Source: Aliiroseovarius sp. (GTDB lineage: Bacteria; Pseudomonadota; Alphaproteobacteria; Rhodobacterales; Rhodobacteraceae). Taken from it: a stretch of 64,000 nt of DNA. Shown here piece by piece: positions 52,132 through 62,530 of this stretch (positions are counted from its first letter, which is position 1; each line of letters opens with the position of its first letter). Location: positions 511,445-575,444 of the forward strand of contig NZ_CBDDIE010000003.1 of assembly GCF_965228805.1 (NCBI RefSeq), given 5' to 3'. Below the pieces are notes generated by a model. It saw nothing but the letters and a program-made list of their open reading frames with translations. It was not told the origin of the DNA and ran no database searches. A program made the translations under genes and the position numbers.

Positions 52132-53850
52132 TTACTCGGACGCATGCAGGGGATCGGCCCCCTCCTCTTCCAGCACCACATCAAGCCCAACCTCGAGCTT
52201 GCGGCGGATACGATCGGGCTTGATCTCTTCCAGGTCGCTGTCCTCGGTGATGAAGGACAGGGCGCGGGACCATTGGAATTCGGCCTCGCGCTTGCGCCCA
52301 ACGGCCCAATAGGTGTCGCCCAGGTGGTCGTTGACCACCGGATCGACCGGCATCAGCTCCACCGCGCGTTCCATCTGCTCGACCGCTTCCTCGTAACGGC
52401 CCAGGCGGAAATAGACCCAACCCAGACTGTCGACGATATAGCCAGAACGCGGTTCGGCGGCGACCGCCTGTTCGATCATGTCCAGCGCCTCATCGAGATT
52501 TATGCGTTTTTCGACAAAGGAATAGCCCAGGTAGTTCAGCACCGAGGCCTGGCCCGGATTGAGCTCCAGCGCCTTGCGGAAATCGGCCTCGGCCTGCGGC
52601 CATTGTTTCAGCCGTTCGTGGCTGATCGCACGGGCAAAGAAGACGCCCCAGCGGTGGTTGGGCGGCTCCGAGCCATAAAGGGCAATTGCTGCGTCATAGG
52701 CCGCGACGGCTTCCTCGAACCGGTCCTCGAACCTGAGCGTATCGCCCAGAGCCACTTGCACCGGAGCCAGGTCAGGATAGGCCTTGGCAAGAGCGTTCAG
52801 CTCGCCGATGGCCTCTTCGACCCGCTCCAACCGGCGCAGGGCGTCGGCGCGGCCCAGCGCGGCTTCGGGATAGGCATAGAAATCGGGCGAGATGCGGCCA
52901 TAGGTGGTCACCGCCAGTTCATAGCGCTCCATGACCTCCAGCAGCTGCGCTGACAGGATCGTCGCCTCGTAGAGCTCCGGGTCCAGATACTCGGCCACAC
53001 GGGAATAGAGCAGGACGATCTGCGGATCGGCCTCGGCTGCGAGCGTATCGGCCACAGTGAAGAACACACGGGCAATGCCGTCACCCGGACGGGTCAGGGA
53101 GGTGAAGGGCACCGCCCCGCCCTGTTCCAGCTGGGCGCGTAGAGCGACCAGATCCTCATGGATGAAGCCCGGGAACATGCGGTCGATCAGCGCAATGGCC
53201 TCGTCCTGGCGATCCAACTGGCTGAGGATTTGCGCATAGCCCATGACGCCGCGCTGATTGCGCTGCAATGCGCCTTCTTCATTGGCCAGGATCTCGGCAG
53301 CGGTCTCGAAGTCACCAACCAGGGCGAGCGCCATCGCCTTGTGATACAAGGCAAAGGCGCGAGAACCGGGGTCTTCGGCCAGCTCATCCAGCAGCGTCAG
53401 GGACTGGCTCATGCGCCCTGCCCCCATATGTGCCCAGGCGAGGATCATCTGATCCATCAATCCGCCAACGCTGACCCCGCCCTCAAGCGTCTCGATCACC
53501 AGCGCCCAGTTTTCCGCCTGCATGGCCCCGGAAAGCAGCACCAGACCGGCAATCTGGTTACCCGGATCCAGCTGGATCAGACGCCGCGCAACGGGTACGC
53601 CGGTGTCGATGTCGCCCAGCCCGATCTGCGCCACCAGAAGGCCCTGCATGATCTCGACATTCGACGGGTCACGCGCGAGGGCGCGGGTGCCGAATTCGAC
53701 CACGGCGCTGAAATCGCCATGCATGTCCGCGGACCGCGTGGCCAGGTAGGCCCCGGCAGAGCCATCCGCCTGCAGGGCCGCAGGGGCCAGGGTCGACAGG
53801 ACAAGCGCAAGGGCCGTGAGCGGGCGGGAGGAGATGCGGGAAAGCGGCAA
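52132..53850 (-). CDS. Tetratricopeptide-repeat periplasmic protein
   Basis: Signal peptide plus multiple TPR units. Conserved upstream neighbour of ispE in alphaproteobacteria. Confidence 0.8.
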   Translation of the reverse strand: MPLSRISSRPLTALALVLSTLAPAALQADGSAGAYLATRSADMHGDFSAVVEFGTRALARDPSNVEIMQGLLVAQIGLGDIDTGVPVARRLIQLDPGNQIAGLVLLSGAMQAENWALVIETLEGGVSVGGLMDQMILAWAHMGAGRMSQSLTLLDELAEDPGSRAFALYHKAMALALVGDFETAAEILANEEGALQRNQRGVMGYAQILSQLDRQDEAIALIDRMFPGFIHEDLVALRAQLEQGGAVPFTSLTRPGDGIARVFFTVADTLAAEADPQIVLLYSRVAEYLDPELYEATILSAQLLEVMERYELAVTTYGRISPDFYAYPEAALGRADALRRLERVEEAIGELNALAKAYPDLAPVQVALGDTLRFEDRFEEAVAAYDAAIALYGSEPPNHRWGVFFARAISHERLKQWPQAEADFRKALELNPGQASVLNYLGYSFVEKRINLDEALDMIEQAVAAEPRSGYIVDSLGWVYFRLGRYEEAVEQMERAVELMPVDPVVNDHLGDTYWAVGRKREAEFQWSRALSFITEDSDLEEIKPDRIRRKLEVGLDVVLEEEGADPLHASE

Positions 53851-53975
53851 GGGAGCCTCGTTTTAATTGGGTTCCGGGAAAACCTATGCGCCCTCGGGGC
53901 CGGGCGCAATGCGAGAGGCCGAAAGCTCGCGGGAATTTGCGTGGGGCACCGGCACGAATTGGGAAGGCATGGCGA

Positions 53976-54398
53976 TCACCCTGACCAAAACCAATCCCAA
54001 GCAAGGTATGCTGAAACCAAGACCACAAGGAACCTGACCGGGATCCACGCTTGGGACGCGTATCGCAACTGGTGTTCGGGATAGTCCCACACCCAGCGGC
54101 CAGCTTCGGCGGCCGTCACAAGATCATCAAGGGTGATCGGCTGCCAGGGAATGACGTTCCCGTCCCCCCCGACCGGCAGCACTCGGCGCCCATAGGGCGG
54201 TTCATCGGCATTGTAATGGAATTCCCACCGCATGGGGGCAAGATCCACGCCAAAGCGCGCGGCATAGTCCTCAAGAAACTCGGACGCATCATCCCCGTCC
54301 AAACCGAAAACGCCGAGCAGGTCATCCTGCCCGGCGCATTCTTTTTTTGATCCTGTATGTGAGTGGGCAAACGCCAGAATATCCGCGCGCAAGCCCAT
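53976..54398 (-). CDS. Hypothetical protein
   Basis: Coding potential only. C-terminal TM segment. Confidence 0.4.
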   Translation of the reverse strand: MGLRADILAFAHSHTGSKKECAGQDDLLGVFGLDGDDASEFLEDYAARFGVDLAPMRWEFHYNADEPPYGRRVLPVGGDGNVIPWQPITLDDLVTAAEAGRWVWDYPEHQLRYASQAWIPVRFLVVLVSAYLAWDWFWSG

Positions 54399-54402
54399 CC
54401 TC

Positions 54403-56055
54403 TTACATGTTCGGATAGTTCGGCCCGTCGCCGCCCTGCGGGACCGTCCAGGTGATGTTCTGGCTGGGATCCTTGATGTCGCAGGTCTTGCAGTGCACGC
54501 AGTTCTGGAAGTTCACCACGAAACGCGCGCCGTCTTCATCCTCGACCACTTCATAGACCCCGGCCGGGCAGTAGCGCTGCGCGGGTTCCGCGAACTTGGG
54601 CAGGTTGACCGAGATCGGCAGGCTCTCATCCGCCAGCTTCAGATGGCAGGGCTGGCTTTCCTCGTGGTTGGTCGCCGCGAAGGAGACGTTGGTCAGCCGG
54701 TCGAAGCTGATCTTGCCGTCCGGCTTCGGATAATCAATTTCCTTGTGTTTCTCCGCCGGTTCGGTCGACTGCGCATCGTTCTTGCCGTGTTTCAGCGTGC
54801 CGAACAGCGAGAAGCCGCCGGTCAGGGTCTGGAACCACATGTCGAAACCGCCCAGCACCAGCGAAGGCAGCAGACCCCACTTGGACCACATCGGTTTGAC
54901 GTTGCGCACCTTGATCAGGTCCTTGGCGACCTTGCCGGTGCGCAGTTCCTGTTCGTATTCGACCAGGTCGTCACCGGAACGCTCGGCCTTGATTGCCTTC
55001 GCGGCGGCCTCGGCGGCCGCAATGCCCGACAGCATGGCGTTGTGGTTGCCCTTGATACGCGGCACGTTCACCAGGCCCACGGAACAGCCCAGCAACGCCC
55101 CGCCCGGGAAGCTGGCCTTGGGCATCGACTGGTAACCACCTTCGGAAATGGCCCGCGCGCCATAGGCCACGCGCTTACCGCCTTCCAACAGCTTGGCGAT
55201 CTCGGGGTGGTGCTTGAAGCGCTGGAATTCCATGTACGGGTACAGGTGCGGGTTCTTGTAGTTCAGGTGCACCACGAAGCCGATGAAGATCTGGTTGTTC
55301 TCCAGGTGATAGAGGAACGACCCGCCCCCGGCATTGCCACCGAGAGGCCAGCCCATCGTGTGGGTCACGGTGCCTTCTTCGTGCTTGGCCGGGTCGATCT
55401 CCCAGATTTCCTTCATGCCGATGCCGAACTTCTGCACGTCACGGCCAGCCTGAAGGTCGTATTTGGCGATGATCTCTTTCGCGAGCGAGCCGCGCACGCC
55501 TTCCGAGATGAAGACGTATTTGCCGTGCAGTTCCATGCCCGGCTCGGTGCCTTCGCCGATCGACCCGTCGGGCTCCAGCCCGAACACACCGGCGACCACG
55601 CCTTTGACTTCACCATTGTCGCCATAGACCAGTTCGGATGCGGCCATGCCGGGGAATATCTCGACGCCCAGTTCCTCGGCCTGTTCGGCCATCCAGCGGC
55701 AGACATTCGCCATCGAGACGATGTACTTGCCGTGGTTGTTCATCAGCGGCGGCATCGGCCAGTTCGGGATACGGACGTGGCCCGCGGCGCCGAGCATGTA
55801 GAAGTTGTCCTTCTTCACCTCGGTCTTGATCGGCGCGCCCTTTTCCTTCCAATCCGGGATCAGCTCGTCCAAGCCACAGGTGTCCAGCACGGCACCCGAC
55901 AGGATATGCGCGCCCACCTCCGAGCCCTTCTCAAGGACAACGACCTGCAGGTCTTCGTCCAGCTGCTTCAGACGGATGGCTGCCGACAGGCCCGCGGGGC
56001 CAGCGCCCACGATGACCACATCGTATTCCATGCTTTCACGTTCGATCTCGCTCAT
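54403..56055 (-). CDS. Electron-transfer flavoprotein:ubiquinone oxidoreductase
   Basis: FAD motif VVIVGAGPAGLSAA. C-terminal 4Fe-4S ferredoxin-like CVHCKTCDIKDP. Confidence 0.93.
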   Translation of the reverse strand: MSEIERESMEYDVVIVGAGPAGLSAAIRLKQLDEDLQVVVLEKGSEVGAHILSGAVLDTCGLDELIPDWKEKGAPIKTEVKKDNFYMLGAAGHVRIPNWPMPPLMNNHGKYIVSMANVCRWMAEQAEELGVEIFPGMAASELVYGDNGEVKGVVAGVFGLEPDGSIGEGTEPGMELHGKYVFISEGVRGSLAKEIIAKYDLQAGRDVQKFGIGMKEIWEIDPAKHEEGTVTHTMGWPLGGNAGGGSFLYHLENNQIFIGFVVHLNYKNPHLYPYMEFQRFKHHPEIAKLLEGGKRVAYGARAISEGGYQSMPKASFPGGALLGCSVGLVNVPRIKGNHNAMLSGIAAAEAAAKAIKAERSGDDLVEYEQELRTGKVAKDLIKVRNVKPMWSKWGLLPSLVLGGFDMWFQTLTGGFSLFGTLKHGKNDAQSTEPAEKHKEIDYPKPDGKISFDRLTNVSFAATNHEESQPCHLKLADESLPISVNLPKFAEPAQRYCPAGVYEVVEDEDGARFVVNFQNCVHCKTCDIKDPSQNITWTVPQGGDGPNYPNM

Positions 56056-56235
56056 GATCTTTCCTTTGATCCTTGGCTCTCGCAACTTCGTTATCCGCTG
56101 CCCCCGAAAGGGTCAATCACTGCACGACCTCTGGGACGTGTTCCGCGACGTCCAGCGTCGCTTTTTGCGACATGTTTGCGCTGACAGGGCGTTTCAGGTG
56201 GGAGCGTTCAGGCGTTGAAAACGGAATCGCCCCGC

Positions 56236-57198
56236 TCAGGCCGGAACGACGACCGTGCGGGCATCGCGGCGGCGCAGCCAGTGCCACAGCCCCGCCATCA
56301 CCAGGATCGATACATAGCCATCCACTGCATAGTGATAGCCGGTGTAGACCGACAGAAACTGGATCACCACCACGAAGAGCACACCGAAGGGCGCGGTCCA
56401 TCGCGAGCGTTCGATCGCATAGAGCCCGGTGACCATGGCCACGGACACATGCACGCTGGGAAAAGCAGAAATCCCCGAACCGAAGGCCTGACCCTTCTCG
56501 ACATAGACGATCCAGAGGTTCTGCTGGATGGTCGGGATATTGGTGTCGGCCAGCGGGCTGGCCTTTAGGACCGCGATCATTTCGGCAAAGCGGTCGGCCT
56601 CCAGCAGGCGGTCATAGAAAATCGGCCCGGCGGAGTTGAAAACCAAGGCCAGCACATTGCCGACCAAGGCCCAGGCCAGGACATAGAGCACCATGAACCG
56701 GCGCACCCGCCGCGCGTCCTTGTCGAAGGCGGCCAGGAACACCGGCACGCAAAGCGCCGGAAAGGCCCAGACTGACAGGTAGGCGGGCAGGATTGCCTCC
56801 ATCGGCAGAAGCGCGCCCAGGTCATGGCTCAGCCGCCAGGGGTCGATCCCGAAATGCATAAGCCGGTCCAGCTCGGCAAACATCGGGTCGGCCCAGAAGG
56901 GAATGATATAGGGCATCGAGGTCTTGATCAGGCCGAAGGCGCTGTGAAAGGCGAGCGTGCCAATCAGCGCGGCAATCACCGCAATGACGATCTGACGCGC
57001 GCCTTCCGGGCGACGCAGCACCGAATGCACCATCGACAGCCCCAGAAGCCCCGCCGCAACCTGGGTCATGCCCGGCGCCTGGGCCACGGCCGTGGTCCAG
57101 ACCGCCAGAAGCGCATCAACCGGCGCGGCCCGTGTCAGAAAGACGATCACGATGGCCAGGGCCAAATAGGCCAGGCCGAGTTTCAGGTAGCCCAACAT
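56236..57198 (-). CDS. PAP2-superfamily-like integral membrane protein
   Basis: Degenerate PAP2 motifs (FPSVH … YHYAVDG) in a multi-TM protein. Confidence 0.5.
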   Translation of the reverse strand: MLGYLKLGLAYLALAIVIVFLTRAAPVDALLAVWTTAVAQAPGMTQVAAGLLGLSMVHSVLRRPEGARQIVIAVIAALIGTLAFHSAFGLIKTSMPYIIPFWADPMFAELDRLMHFGIDPWRLSHDLGALLPMEAILPAYLSVWAFPALCVPVFLAAFDKDARRVRRFMVLYVLAWALVGNVLALVFNSAGPIFYDRLLEADRFAEMIAVLKASPLADTNIPTIQQNLWIVYVEKGQAFGSGISAFPSVHVSVAMVTGLYAIERSRWTAPFGVLFVVVIQFLSVYTGYHYAVDGYVSILVMAGLWHWLRRRDARTVVVPA

Positions 57199-57415
57199 GC
57201 GGATGCCTGTATCCCGTTTCTGTTTCTTTTCGGTTTTCGCGGGCGGTTTTTCGCGCCCGTCCTCTGCTCGCGCGCAAGGCTATTCGCGAATGGCGGCGGG
57301 GCCTATTGACTTTGCCCATGCGCCCGGCATTTAACACTAGCTGTTGCATTTTTCCCTCCGGGCGATGGATACTCGGGGGCGACACCGAAACGAGCCGAAA
57401 AGAGCCAGGGCCTTC

Positions 57416-57886
57416 ATGGACAAGATACCGATGACCCGCGCGGGAAATAACGCGCTGAATGACGAGTTGAAGCAGCTGAAATCGGTCGAACGACCGGCGG
57501 TGATCAAGGCGATCGCCGAGGCGCGCGAACATGGCGATCTTTCGGAGAATGCCGAATACCATGCCGCCCGCGAAAAGCAGAGCTTCATCGAGGGTCGCGT
57601 GAAGGAGCTCGAAGGCATCCTGTCGCTGGCCGAAGTGATCGATCCCACCTCGCTGTCGGGCACGATCAAGTTCGGCGCCACCGTCAAGCTGGTGGATGAG
57701 GATACGGACGAGGAAAAGACCTATCAGATCGTCGGCGAACCCGAGGCTGACATCGAGGCCGGCAAGCTGAACATCAAGTCGCCGCTGGCCCGTGCCCTGA
57801 TCGGCAAGGAAGAAGGCGACAGTGTCGAAGTGCGCACGCCGGGCGGCGAGAAGGCCTACGAGATCCTCGAGATCAACTGGGTCTGA
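57416..57886 (+). CDS. greA: Transcription elongation factor GreA
   Basis: Full-length GreA (…[16 protein letters not shown]…). Confidence 0.95.
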   Translation: MDKIPMTRAGNNALNDELKQLKSVERPAVIKAIAEAREHGDLSENAEYHAAREKQSFIEGRVKELEGILSLAEVIDPTSLSGTIKFGATVKLVDEDTDEEKTYQIVGEPEADIEAGKLNIKSPLARALIGKEEGDSVEVRTPGGEKAYEILEINWV

Positions 57887-57940
57887 TCCCGCCTTCCGGG
57901 CGGGTCGGACCAACAAGACCGGTGCCATGAGAGGCCAGGA

Positions 57941-58981
57941 ATGAGCGACGGAAAACAGGACACGCCGATCGAGCTGGGCGTCTACGGCCAGCAGGGTCAG
58001 CGCCGCGTGCCGGGCACGAGCGAGATGATCGCCCTGGCCCTGTCGGCGGTCTGGCTGGTCGGCTGCGTCGTCTTCTTTCTGGTGATGGGCGGTGGAGACG
58101 GGTCGGACGCCTCGGGCCTGCAGGCCGACCCGCTGCGCCTGGTGATGACGGCATTGGCGATCTTCATGCCGGTGGCGATCATCTGGGTCGCCGCAGCCGC
58201 CACCCGCTCGGCCCGGATTATGCGCGAAGAAAGCGCACGCCTGCAGGCGGCCATCGACGCGATGCGCCACACCTATCTGCAACAGCAGCAATCTGGCGGC
58301 GTGAAGCCAAGCCAGGTGGAACGCAAGCTGGACGAGATCGCCCACGCGCAGAAACAGACAGAAAGCGCGATTGCGACCTTTACCTCGATCCGGCCCGGCG
58401 AAGCGCCGCAGGTCTCGACCGGCTCGGCAATTGCCAGCGATGTGTCGACCGAGGATGCGGGTGACCAGGTTGCCCTGCCTCTGGGCACCCCCGCCGAAGC
58501 CCTGTCGCAGCCGCTGCCGATGGGCGATTTCATCCGCGCCATGCATTTCCCCGAAAACGCCGAGGACGCGGAAGGGTTCCGCGCTCTGCGCCGCGCACTT
58601 CAAGACCGCCAGGTGGCCGGGTTGGTACAGGCCGCGCAGGACGTGCTGACCCTGATGAGCCAGGACGGGATCTACATGGACGACCTGCGCCCGGACATGG
58701 CCCGCCCGGAGGTCTGGCGCAAGTTCGCGGACGGCGAACGTGGCCGGGCCATCGCCTCGTTGGGCGGAGTGCGCGACCGCTCGTCGCTGGCGCTGACCGC
58801 AGGCCGGATGCGCAAGGATCCGATCTTCCGCGACGCCGCCCACCACTTCCTGCGCAAGTTCGACCAGGTCTTTTCCGCCTTCGAGAAAGGCGCAAGCGAC
58901 CAGGACATTGCCGCCATGGCCGAAACCCGCACCGCCCGCGCCTTCATGCTGCTGGGCCGGGTGACGGGCACATTCGACTGA
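57941..58981 (+). CDS. Hypothetical membrane protein
   Basis: Two N-terminal TM helices then a soluble domain. Separated by only 8 nt from the next gene. Confidence 0.5.
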   Translation: MSDGKQDTPIELGVYGQQGQRRVPGTSEMIALALSAVWLVGCVVFFLVMGGGDGSDASGLQADPLRLVMTALAIFMPVAIIWVAAAATRSARIMREESARLQAAIDAMRHTYLQQQQSGGVKPSQVERKLDEIAHAQKQTESAIATFTSIRPGEAPQVSTGSAIASDVSTEDAGDQVALPLGTPAEALSQPLPMGDFIRAMHFPENAEDAEGFRALRRALQDRQVAGLVQAAQDVLTLMSQDGIYMDDLRPDMARPEVWRKFADGERGRAIASLGGVRDRSSLALTAGRMRKDPIFRDAAHHFLRKFDQVFSAFEKGASDQDIAAMAETRTARAFMLLGRVTGTFD

Positions 58982-58989
58982 CGGCTCCC

Positions 58990-59907
58990 ATGCATGTGCA
59001 GCCCCTTCTCCGCCGACTGCAAAGCACCCTACTTCCACGTAAAGCCCGCTCGGGAACCCGGACGACCCTGCCCAAAGCAACCCGCAAGGCAGACAAGATC
59101 TTTTCACGAGTCGAGATCACCGGGCGCGGACCCCGATCACCCTTTTCCCACGCTCCGGCGCAAACCAATTACGTGATCTTCTTTACCCCGAGATCCGGCT
59201 CGTCCTGGTTGACGGATGTGCTGTTCCAGACCGGTCGACTGGGCAAACCAATCGAACTCTTCAATCCGAACCATCTGTTTAACCTGGCCTCGTCCGCCCA
59301 GACAGACAACCTGGCCGACTATACCGAGGCCGCGAAGCGGTTTCGGGTCACCGAGGGGGTCAACGGCTTCGAGTTGACGTTGTACCAACTGAACCGGATG
59401 TTCGCCCGTCAGGATGGGTTCGTGAGCCAATTCGGGGCCGGACCGCATTTCTGGCTGATCCGGCGCGATATCGTTGCCCAGGCCGTTTCCCTGGCCAAAA
59501 TGGTCACAACCCAGGTCAGCCATTCCACCATAGCATCTGCGCAACAGCGACAAGACGCAGAGGCAAGCTTCGACTATAGTGCCAAGCGGATCCGTCATTG
59601 GCTCAAGCATATCGCGGCCCTGGAACAGGAAACCGAAGGGATGTTCGCCAAGTTTGGCTTGAACCCGGTGCGGCTGAGTTATGAGCAGATGATGGCACTG
59701 GGCCCGAACCGGATCGCCCGGCTGATCGGGTCGAAACTTGGCGTGGAGGACCTGCCAAACCTCACAGGCACAAGTCGGCACACCAAGCTTGGCACCTCGA
59801 AGAACCAGGAATTCGCCGAAAGGTTTCGTGCAGATCAGGCCGACTTCATTGCCCAGGTCGAAGCCAACCGCAGACCCTGGATCGAGAAGCTGCAAGACGG
59901 AGCCTGA
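58990..59907 (+). CDS. Stf0-family sulfotransferase domain protein
   Basis: VIFFTPRSGSSWL matches the Stf0 PAPS-binding loop. True start is uncertain (the domain begins ~60 codons into the ORF). Confidence 0.6.
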   Translation: MHVQPLLRRLQSTLLPRKARSGTRTTLPKATRKADKIFSRVEITGRGPRSPFSHAPAQTNYVIFFTPRSGSSWLTDVLFQTGRLGKPIELFNPNHLFNLASSAQTDNLADYTEAAKRFRVTEGVNGFELTLYQLNRMFARQDGFVSQFGAGPHFWLIRRDIVAQAVSLAKMVTTQVSHSTIASAQQRQDAEASFDYSAKRIRHWLKHIAALEQETEGMFAKFGLNPVRLSYEQMMALGPNRIARLIGSKLGVEDLPNLTGTSRHTKLGTSKNQEFAERFRADQADFIAQVEANRRPWIEKLQDGA

Positions 59908-59909
59908 TC

Positions 59910-60356
59910 TTATACGGAACTAAGCAGCAGGCTGGTTTCGCTGTTCGAAATCCCGTCCACCATGCGCACCTCGCGCAGCACCCGGTCGAAAGCCTCCAGC
60001 GACGAGGTGCGCAGTTCGGCCACCAGATCCCATTTGCCATTGGTCGTATGCAGCTGATGCAATTCTGGCAGGCCGCGCAGGTGGCGGATCACCTGGCTGG
60101 TGGACTTGCCGATCACCTCGATCATCATCACCGCGCGGATCGTGTCATCCGCGTGATCCTCCCGCACCCGCACGGTAAAGCCCAGCAGCGCTCCTGAGTT
60201 CAGCAGCCGATCCATGCGGTTCTGCACCGTGGTGCGTGACACGCCCAGCGCCCCGGCCAAGGTCGACACCGCCGCCCGCCCATCCACCCGCAGAAGCGCG
60301 ATCAGCTGGCGGTCGAGATCGTCAAAGACATGTTTTGCTTCTGTCATATTGCCCAT
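59910..60356 (-). CDS. Lrp/AsnC-family transcriptional regulator
   Basis: HTH_AsnC (LDRQLIALLRVDGRAAVSTLAGALGVSRTTVQNRMDRL) plus RAM domain. Confidence 0.88.
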   Translation of the reverse strand: MGNMTEAKHVFDDLDRQLIALLRVDGRAAVSTLAGALGVSRTTVQNRMDRLLNSGALLGFTVRVREDHADDTIRAVMMIEVIGKSTSQVIRHLRGLPELHQLHTTNGKWDLVAELRTSSLEAFDRVLREVRMVDGISNSETSLLLSSV

Positions 60357-60411
60357 CCTTCCTGCGCAAATTGCACGATCTCACAATATTTCTCAATCAA
60401 CTTGGGTATTT

Positions 60412-60428
60412 CTGCGCAAATTGCGCAG
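60412..60428. promoter_or_regulatory. Near-perfect palindromic operator CTGCGCAAATTGCGCAG in the lrp/ocd divergent promoter (half-site copy at 60362-60377)
   Basis: Seen directly. Located between the divergently transcribed Lrp-family regulator and the ornithine cyclodeaminase gene. Confidence 0.4.
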
Positions 60429-60463
60429 TGCAACACTGGGGTACGCTGAACAGGAGACCCCAT

Positions 60464-61519
60464 ATGCCCGCCCCGCTACCTTCCGAACTCGCCTTTGTTC
60501 CCTTCGTCTCGGTCGAGAACATGATGCATCTGGTGAACCGCCTGGGCGTCGAGACCGTGATTGCGGGCATCTGCGACTACCTCGAACAGGATTTCCGCCG
60601 CTGGGAGGCTTTCGACAAAACCCCGCGCGTGGCCAGTCATTCGCGCGAAGGGGTGATCGAGCTGATGCCGACCTCGGATGGGGAGGTCTACGGGTTCAAA
60701 TATGTGAACGGCCACCCGAAGAACACCAAGGAGGGGTTGCAGACCGTGACCGCCTTCGGGCTCTTGGCGGATGTCTACACGGGCTATCCGGTGCTGCTGT
60801 CGGAAATGACCGTGCTGACCGCGCTGCGCACGGCGGCGACCTCGGCGCTGGCCACGAAAACCCTGGCCCCCAAGGGTGCGACCTCCATGGCGATGATCGG
60901 CAATGGCGCGCAGTCGGAATTCCAGGCGTTGGCGCTGAAGGCGATCTGCGGCATCGACACCGTGCGCATGTATGACATCGACCCGGCGGCGACCGCCAAG
61001 GCGGCGGCGAACCTTGCGGGCAAGATGAACGTCGTCTCCTGCACCACACCCGAAGAGGCCATGGAAGGCGCCCAGGTCATCACCACCTGCACCGCCGACA
61101 AGCAATATGCCACGATCCTGACCGACAACATGGTGGGCGCGGGTGTGCATATCAACGCGATCGGCGGCGACTGCCCGGGCAAGACGGAACTGCACAAGGA
61201 CATCCTGCACCGCTCGGACGTTTTCGTGGAATACACGCCCCAGACCCGGATCGAGGGCGAGATCCAGCAGGTGGCAGAAGACTTCGAAGTCACCGAAATC
61301 TGGGAGGTGCTGACCGGCGCCAAACCGGGGCGCACGGACGCGCGCCAGATTACCCTGTTCGACGGGGTCGGCTTTGCCATCGAGGACTTCTCGGCCCTGC
61401 GGTACGTGCGTGATCAGCTGGAAGGCACCGGGCTTTACCAACAGCTCGACATGCTGGCCGACCCCGATGATCCGCGTGATCTGTTCGGCATGGTGAGTCG
61501 CGCGGGGGCGGACGCATGA
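60464..61519 (+). CDS. Ornithine cyclodeaminase
   Basis: OCD/mu-crystallin family (…MIGNGAQSEFQALA…, Rossmann GxGxxA). Start at MPAPLPSE. Confidence 0.88.
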   Translation: MPAPLPSELAFVPFVSVENMMHLVNRLGVETVIAGICDYLEQDFRRWEAFDKTPRVASHSREGVIELMPTSDGEVYGFKYVNGHPKNTKEGLQTVTAFGLLADVYTGYPVLLSEMTVLTALRTAATSALATKTLAPKGATSMAMIGNGAQSEFQALALKAICGIDTVRMYDIDPAATAKAAANLAGKMNVVSCTTPEEAMEGAQVITTCTADKQYATILTDNMVGAGVHINAIGGDCPGKTELHKDILHRSDVFVEYTPQTRIEGEIQQVAEDFEVTEIWEVLTGAKPGRTDARQITLFDGVGFAIEDFSALRYVRDQLEGTGLYQQLDMLADPDDPRDLFGMVSRAGADA

Positions 61520-62442
61520 TGCTTCGCGCCCTCTCGGTGCAGGCGCCCGGGGCGGCGGTGATGATCCGCCCGCACCATTTCACCGTGAACACCCAGACAG
61601 CGGCGGACAATGCTTTCCAGGCCGACCATCCGGCAGATGCGGCCGCGGCCCATGCGGAGATCACCCGCGCCGCCGAGGTGCTGCGCGCCCACGGCGTGCG
61701 TGTGCACCTGTTCGAGGATCAAACCCGCGACACGCCTGACAGCGTGTTCCCGAACAACTGGTTCTCGACCCACGCGGGCGGGCATGTGGCGATCTATCCG
61801 ATGAAGCCGGAAAACCGCCGCGCCGAACGCCGCACGGATGTGATCGAGATGTTGAAACGCGCCTACCGGGTGCAGGACATCATCGACTATTCCGGGCTGG
61901 AAGCGGATGGGCTGTTCCTGGAGGGCACCGGCGCGATGGTGCTGGATCACATAGATCGGGTCGCTTACGCGGTCGAAAGCCACCGCACCAGCCCTATCGC
62001 GTTGGAGCGGTTCTGCACCCATTTCAACTATGAACCCATGGCCTTTGCCGCGGCGGATGCGGGCGGTGTGCCGGTCTACCACACCAATGTGCTGATGTGC
62101 ATCGGCACCGAGTTCGCGCTGATCGGGCTGGGCATGATCACCGACCCCGCCCGCCGGGCGGAAGTGCGCCAGCGGCTGGAGCTGTCGGGCCGTGACGTGA
62201 TCGACTTGACGGATGCGCAGATCGCCGCCTTTGCGGGCAATGCCATCGAATTGCAGGGGGCTGCGGGGCGCATCCTGGCCCTGTCCAGCACGGCCCTGAA
62301 CGCGCTGACTGGCGACCAGAAAGCCCGGATCGAAGCAAGCGCAACCCTGGTGCCGCTAGATATCCCCACCATCGAAATGGCGGGCGGATCGGTTCGCTGT
62401 ACGATTGCGGGCATTCACCTGTCACCCCGGCCACAAGTCTGA
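61516..62442 (+). CDS. Amidinotransferase-superfamily hydrolase (arginine deiminase/DDAH/CtlX-like)
   Basis: Fold-level resemblance only; C-terminal catalytic Cys context GGSVRCT. Translationally coupled to the OCD gene. Confidence 0.65.
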   Translation: MMLRALSVQAPGAAVMIRPHHFTVNTQTAADNAFQADHPADAAAAHAEITRAAEVLRAHGVRVHLFEDQTRDTPDSVFPNNWFSTHAGGHVAIYPMKPENRRAERRTDVIEMLKRAYRVQDIIDYSGLEADGLFLEGTGAMVLDHIDRVAYAVESHRTSPIALERFCTHFNYEPMAFAAADAGGVPVYHTNVLMCIGTEFALIGLGMITDPARRAEVRQRLELSGRDVIDLTDAQIAAFAGNAIELQGAAGRILALSSTALNALTGDQKARIEASATLVPLDIPTIEMAGGSVRCTIAGIHLSPRPQV

Positions 62443-62530
62443 GCGCGGCCCGGCACGGGCGGGGTGGGAGGCCACTGCGCCAACCACAGGTGAAACATCA
62501 GTTTGGGTGGGAGCCCGTGCCGGGCCGGGA

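Noticed and set aside
54493-56184. 563-aa plus-strand ORF
   Set aside because: Antisense shadow of the ETF-ubiquinone oxidoreductase gene.
57116-59107. 663-aa minus-strand ORF
   Set aside because: Antisense to greA, the membrane hypothetical and the PAP2-like gene start. No domain, Arg/Gly/Ala-rich.
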